Shown here: positions 1 through 10,945 of the stretch, piece by piece | Numbering within the stretch: the stretch's first letter is position 1 | How the letters are laid out: the number at the start of each line of letters is the position of its first letter | Source of the DNA: Spirogloea muscicola | Taxonomy: Eukaryota | Assembly: GCA_009602725.1 (NCBI GenBank) | Contig: WELB01000030.1 | Span: 143,381 to 179,101, forward strand | Length of the DNA: 35,721 nucleotides | Direction: 5' to 3' | Position numbers and translations under genes: made by a program | Notes under the pieces: generated by a model | What the model was told of the DNA's origin: nothing | Seen by the model: the letters and a program-made list of their open reading frames with translations, nothing else | The model's database searches: none

Positions 1-1705
1 GGACACCGTCGCCGCCGCTCGCGGAGGAGGCGCAATCGCGCGCTGCGGAGGAGGAACGGCGGCGGCGGCTGCAGCGGCTCGTCGCCGGGCTGCGCGATGC
101 GGCCGGCCGCGAGGACCTCGTGGAGGCTATCCGCATGGAGCTCCTGCAGCAGGTGGCCAGCGCGCACGGCTACACCAAGCTCGTCCTCGGGCTCTGCGCC
201 ACCCGCCTCGCCGCGCGCAGCCTGGCCGCCGTCGCCAAGGTCGGGCTGCGCCGCTCCCCAGTGCGCATCTCGTGGCCGCCCGCTGGCTTCCCTGCGTCGC
301 TTCCGGCCGTCTGCCTGCTGAAGGCGTGATGAGATGGAGCGTGGCGCTCGCTGCTGTGGCCAGGGCCGGGGGTTTGCGCTGCCGGCGGACGTGCAGTGCT
401 TCGACGCACGGCACCCCGTTCCTGTCGTGCTCCCACTGCGGGACTGCCTCGCCCGAGAGCTCGCCCTCCACTGCCACTTAGCGAGGTCGGACGCTCAGAC
501 AGCCGCTTCCTTCTCATTGCCATGTGACAGTCGTCTGAGCGTCGCTGCAGCCTATGGCACTTTCGGCCGACAGGCCTTTGCCTGCCCTCCTTATCTACCA
601 ATTAGCGACCTCTACTCGCTAAGTGTGGTTGCTAAGCGGGTCAGCTCAGCAGCCGGTGGTGAACATCTCTTGATGTGCTTGCCTTTGTACACGGACACGC
701 CGGCCCTCCATAATCCCATGAACGCTTTTCCCATTCTCCACAGGCTGCAGACGGCATTTGCTCCCATGCTTGCGACGATGGCACCGCCAAACGCCAGCAT
801 CAATAGCCTCGCCCACAACTTCGTCATGCTCCTCCAGGTGGGGCTTTCTCAGCTGTGCCACCTCTGCTTTTACGGGTCGCGCCTGCGTTCTTCTCTTCGA
901 CACAACACGGATGTGTCTGCTTGTCCTACGAGACGAGGTCGCGGGGGCATGGGCAGCCATCTGTCAGCCGAAACTTGCTGTCCTTCATTTGAAGTCCTTG
1001 CTTGATAGCTGAAACCTCGAAGACCTTGAATTGAAGTCGTAAACCCCAGATTTTTCAAGTACTGTGCTGCAGGAAGATAATCCATCACGTGTGCACACGA
1101 TCCTCCGCACAGTGCTCAAGCTCAAGGCGTTCCCGTTCAATCAGCCGCCGGGGATGGACGCTATCAACAAGGACGGCGTTGCACCCCCGCCTACACCCGG
1201 ACCCGATGCCGGCGACGTTTGCACATGCTCGATCTGCTCGGCACCTCTCAACGCCAAGGACTGTATCATCACCCAAGCAGACGACGCCACCCCGCCTGGC
1301 AGGGAGATTGAGGCCTTGGAAGAGGCATTCCGCCGCAGCACCTGTCGCAGCTGCCGGCACCAGGTCCTGGGCGCCGGGGGCAGTGGCAGCGCCAAGGTCT
1401 CTGGCGGTGGTATAGGCAGCCTGCTGCCCCCCACCTTGCAGGAACGGGCACTGGCGGCGGTCTCCTCCACGGCTGCAGCTCGCCGCGAGGCCGCGCGGTC
1501 AGCTGGCTCCTCACCCTGCAACAATTGTTGGGGCTTGGGATAGTCTCAGCAGGATCAGACTGTCCTTGGCTCTGGCACTGGCATAGAATTGGGGGCCTGA
1601 AGCAGTCGTCGCTGGCGGTGTCCATGGGCGCTTGGCTTGTGATGTTGCAGGTCTCAGATTCAGGAGTTCCTGCTGGACGATGGTGGCGAAGACAGTTTTA
1701 CATAG
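1..1705 (+). CDS. CTU2: Cytoplasmic tRNA 2-thiolation protein 2 (CTU2/NCS2), 5' partial, spliced
   Basis: Exons <1-239, 364-485, 744-837, 1073-1497 and 1651-1705 join in frame across GT-AG introns. Translation includes HGYTKLVLGLCATRLAARSLAAVAKGRGFALPAD, VVLPLRDCLARELALHC, SINSLAHNFVMLLQEDNPSRVHTILRT, two CxxC pairs (CSIC, CRSC) and a C-terminal QIQEFLLDD, as recalled for the CTU2 family. Confidence 0.9.
530..711 (+). mobile_element. Degenerate 3' end of CRE-like non-LTR retrotransposon inside CTU2 intron 486-743
   Basis: About 600-711 aligns with 7372-7481 (ttagcgacctcta...gtcagctyagcagc...tgtgcttgcctttgtac...ggccctccat). It encodes PISDLYSL, matching the SxSDL ORF terminus of the other copies. 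Confidence 0.65.
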
Positions 1706-1905
1706 CGCTGCGCATTGCTGCCAGATTGATGGCTGCCGGCAACGGACACCCCAAGGGCGGCAGTCGATGCATTGCAAGTGAGCACTCCATACTCGTCTCG
1801 TTTCTTGTGTGCGTATTACAAGTGCCCAGACTTTGATTCCTGCGTTACAAATTAACCACATGTTGTGGTATCTTGATTGAGTCCCTCAGTCATCTGCTGG
1901 CACTT

Positions 1906-2010
1906 ACTCAACCCCTAGAGGTCAGCTTGGAGGCAGGTCGAGCTGTGACCACAAGTGCCAGCATACTCAACGCTCAGAGGCTGGCTTGGAGGCAGGTGGA
2001 GCTGCGACCA
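1906..2010. repeat. Imperfect tandem duplication, period about 59 bp
   Basis: actcaacccctagaggtcagcttggaggcaggtcgagctgtgacca (1906) and actcaacgctcagaggctggcttggaggcaggtggagctgcgacca (1965). Confidence 0.75.
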
Positions 2011-2588
2011 AAGCAGACTTGCAACCTACTCGCTGCCACCATGAAGACTATCAGATTGAGGGGATACTGTGCAGTATGCGCCTCGCACGCTTCCTCTATG
2101 CCAATCTGGCTGGCCTGGGTCAACCATCAGAGGCTCAGTACTGCTCGGCATGTTTTCCTCCTAACTGGGCCGCCTGGTGTGAGCTATTCATCCACTCTGT
2201 GCTGCTGTGCTCTCTGTGGAGCTCCAGTCACTGTCCATGTTCGGCGCCTGCGGCTGAGTTGCGCTTGCAGGTGAGTGACAAGGCATGGAAGGACAAGCTT
2301 TGCAACTCCCGGCCCCTCTGTGCCAATGGTCGCCGTGATATGACACGGCAGTCTGAGGGCTCAAGTGCAAAATCCCTTGCAAGGCGGCATCGACTGCATG
2401 CTTGGGCTTTACACCTCATGCTGCCACCGCCCGCGTGCTTGTGGCAAAGTGTGCTGTCGCTGCATGAGGTGCTTTTAGAGCCGCACTAGTCAGGGCCATA
2501 AGCAGTGGATACCAATGTGACGAATACTATAATGTACTTATTTAACCTCGCCAAGGAAGGTGGCATCCATGCGCAGAGCACTGCTCAC

Positions 2589-5500
2589 TGGCAAAGTCAA
2601 GGCGGCAGAGACTACACGGCCGCCGCCGCTCGAGCGCATGATGATCATGGTTCCATCAAGAAAGCTGGGGATCCAGCCGTACAGCGGGGATACTAGGGCC
2701 GGGCGGCCATTGCCAAAGTCGAGGCTGTGCATGTCAAAGCGCGCCCAGGAGGAGAGGATCAGGCCATGGCCTGGCGGCCCAGCTGTCTCCATGATTGGCG
2801 GTGGCGGTGCGTTGGGATCAAAAGTGTGCTGTGCTTCCACGTAGGCTGCATCAACGACCGCCACTCGGCTCCTCATCAAACGCGCCACCTGGCCTGCTGA
2901 CAGCCTGCAGCATTTTGTGCACTGTGTGAGGGTGAGGGCGCTCATTAGGACGATCAGTTCAGCTTATGATCGACGTGTCTGGGACATGTTGAATGGTTCA
3001 CAAGTCGTGAGCTCTGTTGTAAAATTGCCACATCTGAATTTTTGACGTACTTGTCATGGTTGGAGTGTTGAGGAAGGAGCATCGAGGGATGACACTTAGG
3101 ACTCCAGTGATGCACATGACGGGGCAGCCTTGGTCAGGGTGGGCATGGTTGTGCTAACCTCAGGAGTGTCATGGAGGTGAGCAGGATGTCGGGCCCACCA
3201 AGCACGGCATTGCCAAAGTAAGTGGCGGGCAGTGGCGGCAGCAGCCGTGGCCGCAGGTCCACTGCCCGCTTGCACAGCAGCCGCCGAGCCAACTGCATGC
3301 TGCTGAAAGGCGCTGCCCGTGCCCTCTCCACTACCTGCCCCCATGCAGCATGCCATGCGGCACCCCACTAGCTGGCTATCAGAAGGCACCCACCAGCCGC
3401 GACTGCCCCATGACAGTGGGCCAAGCCATGAGCATCTCGAGGATGAGGGTCTATGCTGGTTGTCAAAAGGAGCTTTGCCCATCGCTGGGCTTGGTGCCCT
3501 TGCTGAGGCAAGCATGCTAGGGGCCAAGAATGACGCAGAGGCCTTCTAGAAGATGGCGCAGCTGCAGATAGTGAATGACAAGGAACACAATCAACTGTAA
3601 GCCAGGAGGGTTTGTTGACGGGGTGCTGGAGGATGGAGGGAGAGAGGGAGAGAGGGCAGGAAGAAAGAGAGAGAGGGTGGCAAGACAAAGAGGCAAGAGG
3701 TTTGCAAGGCGCTGCGTACGAGCCAGAGGTGTGCACTGAGGGCGTCGTCGGTGGAGACCCAATCGACCATGGCGGCCTCAGCACCCAAGCTTTCCAGCTC
3801 TGTGCTGTGGTGGCTGTGGTCGGCAGCGACATCTCCATTGGACACTTTCTTTGCCTGATCACTGATGACACTGGCGTCTTCGCTGCCGCGCATGGCCTCG
3901 CTCTTCAAGCGCTTGAGCTTCTCCTCTGTGAACGTCAGCTGCACTGCAGCCGGGCATGCTGACATCCAGTGAAAATATGCGGCAACACACTGTCACTCGA
4001 AGCCCCTGAAGCCTACAATTGGGCTCTTTGGGGCTCTGGAAAAAAGAAGGGTCAATGGATTGCTGCAGCAGCACAGAGTTGCGGCTCCATGCAGCATGCT
4101 CAGGGCCACGGCAGCGGCGGCTCACCAGCGAGGACCTTGGGCTGGGCCACCGAGGCAGCCAGCTGGAGCACGAGCTGAGCAACCGGCCACATCCCTTTGG
4201 CCCATGCAACCAGACTCCCGGCCAGGCTGCCGGTGCGGCGACGAGAGCCTCGCCCCTGGGCCCCCTCAGCCTCCCTCCGCCCGCCGGCCATAGCGTTCTC
4301 AAAGAGGGCGCGGTCGTGCACAGGCTGGTCGGCAGGCGCAACGACCTCGCTTCGCGCAAGCGCGCCCCAGGCGGTTGTGAAGCGTGCTATGCTGGCGGCA
4401 TCGCCCACGCGGTGGTCCCAAGCGAGCGCGACGACGACGCCGCCGCACTCGAACGTCGTGCATTGCACGGAGAGCAGGGGGCGCGCTCCCAGAATGCCCT
4501 GGGAGAATAAGAGGACTCCAGCCGCCGCCGCCGCCGCAGCCGCCGCCGCCGCCGCCGGAAGACACGAACCTGCGAAGGTCAGGCGTTGCTCGAGCAATCT
4601 CAAGCCATCTCAAGCGGACGTGGTAATGACCAGCGAGGGTGATTGGCTGTGGGGACCGGCAGCAGGGCAGGGACTAGTGAGCTCACAAAGGGCGGGAGAG
4701 GTGCGAGGAGGCCTGGCGGCAGATTGCATGGCTCAAGCCGGGGGACGGCCTCCGCCAGCGTCGCATCTGCTACTGCCTCGACAAAATTCACGCCTGCACC
4801 ACCAAGCTTGCCCTGGTGTGTAAGTTAGCGCCCAGCTCAAGCATGAGCAAAGGAGCTCACGTCACAGACAACCCTTCATCTCGATAACAAGTTCAGCAAA
4901 CCCCTAGCCTTATGATATTTGAGCTAGTATTCTCCTACTTATTTCATGTTGTACTGGCAAACCTGCATTGTTGCAGTGGATGTGCTTGCAGCCATCAATG
5001 TCCTTGAGCCGGCCTGCGAAGCGCGAGCGCCGTCGCAACCACATCAGGTGTTGCTGATATGTTGCATTGCAGCAGGTGGGCAATGACAAGCCTGCTCTGC
5101 CACCCAGCTCTGAGGTACACCGAGGCGCCACTGCTGGCAAGGGCACTGGTGACGGCAGCGGCAGCGATGCTCGCCTGCAAATGGATAGTAGAGGGCCAGC
5201 GCTGCCGCCAGTGATGCCTGCATGCGTGCATACGCCATCAACAAGCTCAGCCAACGATGCGGCTGCCGCAAGCAGTCCTTAACAGCCGCATCGCAAGGCC
5301 TCACGTGAACAGTAGTGCCAGGTGGGCGGGCAAAGGTGGACCTTGAGCGTGGCAAATATTGTCCCGGCGGCAGGGGCAGTGGGAGGGCATGCTGGCGGCT
5401 TGTACACGTAGATAATGGGCACGTAGAAAGGCGGCATACGGAGGTCATTGGGGCTGCCATGGAATGGACGCAGAGCGGCAGCTTTCAGCTGCTGAAGACC

Positions 5501-5662
5501 CAAAGGCGGCTGCTGCCCCCAGCAGTGGCTCTAAATGGCGGTAGAAATTTCGGTAGCCTATGAGAGGGCTCACCTGAGGGGCAGCAGGTCGCCAAGGCGG
5601 TGGTCTGGCGGTAGCGGCCCCGCCGCGGCCACGGTACCGGCCCAAAGGCGCCGGATTCTCAT
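2589..5662 (-). CDS. BAHD-family acyl-CoA acyltransferase (Transferase family), multi-exon; last exon below 2589 not resolved
   Basis: ATG at 5662. Spliced translation gives LLPLSPNDLRMPPFYVPIIYVY, LK-ASLAAALALYYPFAGRL, HIHCNNAGVNFVEA, PLLSVQCTTFECGGVVVALAWDHRVGD (HxxxD at about 4400-4414), VSTDDALSAHLW, AVDLRPRLLPPLPATYFGNAV and LDFGNGRP (DFGWG-like, about 2706-2720). Confidence 0.92.
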
Positions 5663-6129
5663 GGCGGCGGCGGCTGCAAAGCGTGGGGGGCTGTGACGGA
5701 CATGGGGAAGCGGCGGAGGCGGGAGGCGCGTCGCCAGGGCGCCGCCCCTAGCCGCCGCCCCCTCCTTCCCCTCGTCCCCTTCTCTTCGTCCTCTCCCACA
5801 CGCCCCTGCAGCAGCCGCCGCGGGTTGGCGCGCAGGCAAGCAGAGGCGGCTTGTTGAGGGAGCCGGGGAGAGGAGGGGGTTGTGGGTGGAGGGGGGGCCT
5901 GGAAATCTGGAGAAAAGGGGGTNGGTGCCCTCCAGGTCTGCTGCCAGCTGGACCCCGCCAGATGGGCTCCCTGATCTCAAGGTCACCCTAGGCACTCCAG
6001 CTCACGTCATGGAGGATCTGCGTGAAGAAAGAACCTTGCCCTCGACCTTTCCTTCCTCAGAAAGGAAGTACTTCCTCTTCCTTGCCCCCATTGGAAGAGC
6101 CACTACTCATTTCTCAGTAACTTGCTGAC

Positions 6130-6448
6130 TTCAACGCCTCTAGCTCATGGGCCCAGGTCTATCGCATGCGCTTATCGGTCTCCCTTCAGCGGTCCATGGC
6201 ACACGCCTTGCATCTGCGTGCAAGCCGTGCTCTCGCTGCAGCCTCTGGCTTTCGCCAAGGGGATTGTTTCCCGGCAGCTAGTCTGTCGGATTTGAGGCTC
6301 CGCACTTGTCGCTACTGAGTGGTCCCTCCTCCTCCTGTTCTGACGTAGCGCTTTAGGCCCCTCTGGCATTTTGCTCCTTCGAACCTTCGTTTCCTTTCGG
6401 GCTGGCTTTTCACAGCCCTTGCCCCATTGGGAGAGCCACTTCTTCTTC
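6130..6448 (+). mobile_element. 5'-truncated CRE-like non-LTR retrotransposon copy (ORF C-terminus, 3' UTR, terminal motif)
   Basis: Encodes QVYRMRLSVSLQRSMAHALHLRASRALAAASGFRQG...ASLSDLRLRTCRY*, followed by GGGCTGGCTTTTCACAGCCCTTGCCCCATTGGGAGAGCC (6399-6437) and a cttcttcttc tail. Confidence 0.8.
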
Positions 6449-6693
6449 AGTAACGACAAGTCGACGTTTTTCCGCTCTCTGATAACGTGTTCTGCATATG
6501 TTGACTACAGCTCATTCAGCGTCCTTCCACATAGGTCGTAGTTTACACCTTCCGGCCGTTTCGGACCTTGCTCAGCAGGCCTCTCTTTCGGGCTGGCTTC
6601 AAAGCTCATTCTTTCCTGGCTTCGCCAATCACAGCCATCGCCCTCTTTGGATGAGCTTGTGAGAGTCTTCCTTCTTTCACAGGCAAGCCATAC

Positions 6694-7340
6694 GTGCGGC
6701 GTCTGGACGTGGTCGCCACCCCCCGGGGCGGTGGGCCTCGTCTGCTCTTGGACGTGGAACTGATCGACGCTCACAAGGCTGGCGCACCCACGTCAACCGT
6801 GTCTGGCTGGGCCACGTCCAGCGCGGAGCGTAAGAAGGAGCGGCACCACCATGACCATCCCCGAGGGGACCATCTTTACCCGTGTGCCATGGATATCTAC
6901 GGAGGCTACGGCGTGAAATGGTCCTCCCTGATCCAGCATCTGACCCGGCTGGTTGATGCGCGTCGTCGAAGTCGGGGGGGCAGCTTGGGCCACTCCAGCA
7001 TTCCGCAGGCCTTAGTTGCGTATTACAGATTGCGGCTCTCGCTTACTTTGCAGCGCTCGCAAGCATTGGCTATTCATCAACGTGCAGGGCGCGCACTAAG
7101 GCAGGCCTCCAGCTTTCGTGGCGGCGCTCCAGCTCCCCAAGTTAGCTTGTCAGATTTGTTTGTGCTCACCCATGGCTACTAATGTCACCTTAGGCACCTT
7201 AGTTTTGGTCTCCGTATTATGTAGCCTTGTTTAGTTTGCACTCGACTCTGCCTGAACAATGTATTGGCTTGAATTGGCCTCCCTTTCATTTCATGCGCCC
7301 CGCGCGCCTTCTCTCTCTTTCACAGCCCTCGCCCCCTTTG
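6694..7340 (+). mobile_element. CRE-like non-LTR retrotransposon fragment with restriction-like endonuclease (RLE) domain, stop at 7182, plus 3' UTR
   Basis: RRLDVV...LLLDVELID...AERKKERHH...LYPCAMDIYGGYG...YYRLRLSLTLQRSQALAI follows the RxD-D-AExxK layout and terminal LSxxLQR motif recalled for CRE-clade elements. The 3' UTR ends in ctttcacagccctcgccccctttg. Confidence 0.8.
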
Positions 7341-7612
7341 CTTCTCAATTGCCATCCGGTATTCGGGCATCAGTTAGCGACCTCTATGTGCTGACTGGTG
7401 GTTATGAGGGTCAGCTTAGCAGCAGGTGACGTACATTTGTCAATGTGCTTGCCTTTGTACTTGCCCACACAGGCCCTCCATCTCTTAATACACACTCCGA
7501 TCCCTTTGGATGAGCTCACACTGCCCACAGCCATCACCTAATTTCGAAATTAGAAGAAAATTTGGAAATTACTATGTCTTCCTCTTCCTAATAACTAAGA
7601 GAAAATTGGAGT

Positions 7613-7800
7613 AAAAGGGGGCGATGGCTCTGAACGGCTAGCCAAAAGAGAAACAGACAAGATCCAAAGGGGCCGGGAAAAACTTAACCACACAGCTAAG
7701 CAAGTGGCTACTTCACATGGGCGTCAATATCCCTGGTCATCCGCTGCAAGTCAGAGTAGCTTGCGGACTTGCAGCTTGCAGACCTTGGGGACTCGTAGCT
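7613..7800 (-). mobile_element. Degenerate CRE-like 3' end copy
   Basis: Minus strand encodes ASYSDLQRMTRD, then ends in the terminal-motif variant TGGCT-N10-AGCCATCGCCCCCTTT. Confidence 0.6.
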
Positions 7801-7879
7801 GGCGCTGGGTCATCCCCTGCATTGGCCAATGGACTGGCTACCTGCAGTAGACAGTTGCCCTGATAGACATCCTGGGGCG

Positions 7880-8120
7880 AGCTGTACAAGGCGTATGACA
7901 TCTCAATCCTGCAGAATCTGGCTGCCCTACTACAACACCAGATTTTCCACTCACCTTCATCCTCCCTTCAGGCATGCCCTCCCACACGCAGGGGCGGTCA
8001 TGCTGCCGGTCGTTGGAACAGACGGCGCCAGCAGCCTTCCTGGGCTGCTGGCACCAAAGTGTTCATTCTTTTTTGGGCTGGCATTTCCAGCCCCTATCCT
8101 CAATGGGCGAGCCCTTCTCT
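7880..8120 (+). mobile_element. CRE-like reverse-transcriptase C-terminal (thumb-region) fragment followed by a 3' terminal motif
   Basis: KAYDISILQNLAALLQHQIFHSPSSSLQACPPTRRGG aligns with 31382-31573 (FDAGILACTAALVQHPAF...QASLPVSRGGLG). Terminal motif at 8075-8112. Confidence 0.6.
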
Positions 8121-8152
8121 CCCTGCACCCACGCAGAACACGCAGAACAACA

Positions 8153-8590
8153 GCTCTTCCAGTATAAGGCAAGGGCTGTAAATAGCCAGCCCAGAAGGAG
8201 TGGACAAGGTCCAACAAGCCGAAAGGCGCCTACATCACACAGCTATGCAAGAGACTACAGCGGAGACTACAGCGGATGGGAGCTTAATGATCCCGAGCTA
8301 GCAGCAGCAAGTCGGAGTAACTTGCAGTTGGCACCCCGACGAGAGGCAGAAGGAGCAGCCATAGCATGGCCCGCCCGCAAGTGCACTGCGTGAGCCAGGG
8401 AGCGTTGGAAGGAGACTGACAGCCGCATGCGGAACACCTGGGCAAGCGACCCGGCAAAGTTGAAGCCGGGCAGCTCCCCTTGCTGACCCTGCCGACGATC
8501 GATGGCCTGCCGCAAGCTGCTGCAGAGAGAAGGCGCGCGGGGCGCATGAAATGAAAGGGAGGCCAATTCAAGCCAGTACATTGTTCAGGC
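8153..8590 (-). mobile_element. 5'-truncated CRE-like copy (minus strand), fused to a 67-bp piece of another copy's 3' UTR
   Basis: LAQVFRMRLSVSFQRSLAHAVHLRAGHAMAA then, after a frameshift, ASYSDLLLLARDH*. Terminal motif at 8153-8192. 8524-8590 is the reverse complement of 7250-7316 with one mismatch. Confidence 0.8.
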
Positions 8591-8594
8591 GAAG

Positions 8595-9080
8595 TCTACT
8601 GCAGCCACTCTTCTCTATGGGCCTTTGTGAATTCTTTTTGGGCTGGATTTTCGCAGCCCTTGCCCCCATTGGGAGTGCCACTTCTTCTATGGGCGAGCAC
8701 TGCTACTGCAGAGAGAACAGCGCTTCCAAACTCACTGGTGGCTGTGAGAGGCCACAGCCCAAGGTGAGAAGGTCCCGCCATCGACTGCCAAACGCCCTGT
8801 ACACGTCTATCGCCAGCGCCACGAATGCAGAACACGAAGGGCTTGATCTCGGCCGTCGTTTCTTGGAGATCGATCCGCGACCTCAACTCGCTGACCCGTG
8901 GTTCCTGAGCTGAATCGGCTTAGCAGCATTTGACGTCGATGTGCTTGCTCTGTGTCTCTCTGCTGGCTTTCACAGCCGCTTTTCCAAACAACATATATCA
9001 GCAGCCGCATTCTCTCGTCCTCGGCACTCCGGCCCTCGAACACTCGATACAAAGCTTTTCTCACTGGGCAGCTGGCTGCG
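8595..9080. mobile_element. Further CRE-like fragments: + terminal motif 8640-8687, - RLE piece about 8760-8830, + degenerate RT-thumb-like piece about 8920-9080
   Basis: Minus-strand FVALAIDVYRAFGSRWRDLL resembles LYPCAMDIYGGYGVKWSSLI. Plus-strand AAFDVDVLALC...LGSW resembles ATFDAGILAC...LGSW (weak). Confidence 0.55.
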
Positions 9081-9379
9081 AGCGGGCCCTCACCACGGTC
9101 TCCTCACCCTCCCTCGGCATTCTTTCTCGAGCACGTCCCGCCCCTGCTGCCCCTTGTTGCTGCGGTGGCCACTGCAGGCCCGCCGCCGCCTCAGCCGCGG
9201 CTCAGCCATGGCGACTGAAAGTCTTCCTGCGACGCTTCCAGGTCAGTCGCGCCCTCCGCCAAGGAGCCCTGCTGGACAACCCTGCAGTGATGGCAGCTGC
9301 CGCGCCGCCGCCGCGAGCTGGGAAGCGCTTCCTCGTGGCCCTGCGGCGTTGCAGAGGGCGAGCTCGCTGAAAGAGGGCG

Positions 9380-10945
9380 ATGGCGAGTGTGCTGCTGCGT
9401 GGCGACGCAGGCAAGCGTACGAGAGTCGAGGCTGCCGGTGGCCAGAGCGGAGCATCCGACGAGGGTGGAGTGGGCGACCGCGGCGATGAGGGGGAGCTCT
9501 CGTCGCAGTTCCGAGTCTACGCCGGCCAGTTGGACGCCATCGTAAGACCCTACACTGACTCCTGAACAAACTCGGAGGCGCAACCACTAATCTCTATTCT
9601 TAAGTCGGTAAATCCTTGCCCGCCCTCTTTCCCATGCATGGTGCTCGCTACTGCTGCCGCCCTGGACGTTGGTGCAGCTTGGCCCACCGGTTCCCTGATG
9701 GCGTCAGCGTGGCAGGCGTGCCCCTGGCGGCATAGAACGAGCGCCGTGAGCGCCTCGTCAAGGCGAGCCGCGACGTCACCATCCACAGCAAGAAGGTCAT
9801 CTTTGCGATCCACCGGTGTGTACCGCCACCTCTTCTGCCGCCGCCAAGGCTGGTCCGTTAGCACCCTCACATCATCAGTCACTCTATACAGCCGGCCAGC
9901 ACCCTCACATCATCAGTCACTCAATACACCCGCCCAACCTTCCGCCCGCAGGATGTCAGCGGGCACGCGGGCGGCGGTACTGGAGTCGGCGGCTGCCGAA
10001 TTGGGCACTGTGCGTGTGCGCCACGCGGCGCGTATCGCCGCGGAGCTCCGCGCGGAGGACTACTGGCGGCTGCGCAGCGCGTTCTCACCGGGGGCAAGCA
10101 CACTCATCCCCAGCCACAGCCGCTGCGTATTTGATTTGCCGTCTGGCTGCCTTCCCAGATCGTGGTGCACAATTGCTGACGCCTGCACAAGTAGCACAGA
10201 TGCAGGAGTACATTGAGGCAGCGACTCTGTTGGAGTACTGCCGAGAGGGGCGGCTGCTGACGCCCGCAGAGCTGGACACCGGTCTGGCGGAGCTGGCCGA
10301 TGCAGACGGCTGCCCGTTCCGCTCCAGCTTGGCAGACTACCTCCTCGGCGTGAGCGTCGGCGCTGCGAATCGGAAGCACACCCAGCAAATAACCAAGCCA
10401 TGGCGCCAGCACGCCACTTGTTTGGCGCAGCGATACAACAGGACTGATCTGCACGTGGCTTGGTTGCCTGGCTGACCCAGGTTGCTGATCTCACTGGCGA
10501 GCTCATGCGCCTGGCTATCGGCAGCGTGGCTGGCGCTGGAAGCGGCGGCGCTGCCGGCAATAAGGCGGCAGCATCATGCAGTTTCGTTCGCGCGGTGCAT
10601 AGTGGTTTCAGCCAGCTACCGAAGGCTGGCGAGCTGGCCCGCGAGCTGCCGCGCAAGCTTGATGTCATGCTGCAGAGTCTTGGGAAGATTGAAAATGGTG
10701 AATGCCATTGCTGCTGCCAGTGTGCCTCCAACGCGCCGCGCTGCTGCTGGCGTTGATGAGTGTCATAGTGGGCGGCATGACACCGGCTGACCATCAGGGG
10801 CACTGGCTCATCGCTGCGGCTGGCTGCTGCATGTGCAGCGAGCTACGCAGTGCACGTGCGTGGACGCGAGTACCCGGCCGACATGCTGGCCGCCCAACTC
10901 CTAGGTGGCGGCGGTGATGATGGCGACATGCTGGAGATGTTGTGA
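9380..10945 (+). CDS. TSNAX: Translin-associated factor X (TRAX), catalytic subunit of the C3PO endoribonuclease
   Basis: Spliced translation: FRVYAGQLDAI-NERRERLVKASRDVTIHSKKVIFAIHR, DYWRLRSAFSPG-MQEYIEAATLL, DYLLG-VADLTGELMRLAI, RKLDVMLQSLGKIEN-ASYAVHVRGRE, stop at 10943-10945. The acidic catalytic motifs QEYxE and DLTGE are intact. The start codon at 9380 is tentative. Confidence 0.95.
9859..9938. repeat. About 39-bp direct tandem repeat in a TRAX intron
   Basis: agcaccctcacatcatcagtcactc occurs at about 9860 and again at about 9898. Confidence 0.85.

Noticed and set aside
1498..1543. CTU2 stop at 1543 as given by the ORF track
   Set aside because: A GT donor at 1498 and exon 1651-1705 give a more family-like acidic C-terminus (QIQEFLLDD).
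5924..6010. SRSAASWTPPDGLPDLKVTLGTP as a late RT-domain fragment
   Set aside because: Suggestive in context but too short and degenerate to call without a profile search.
7250..8590. DNA transposon or MITE bounded by 67-bp terminal inverted repeats
   Set aside because: No target-site duplication or transposase, and the repeat is part of the retrotransposon 3' UTR also seen at 11625-11778.
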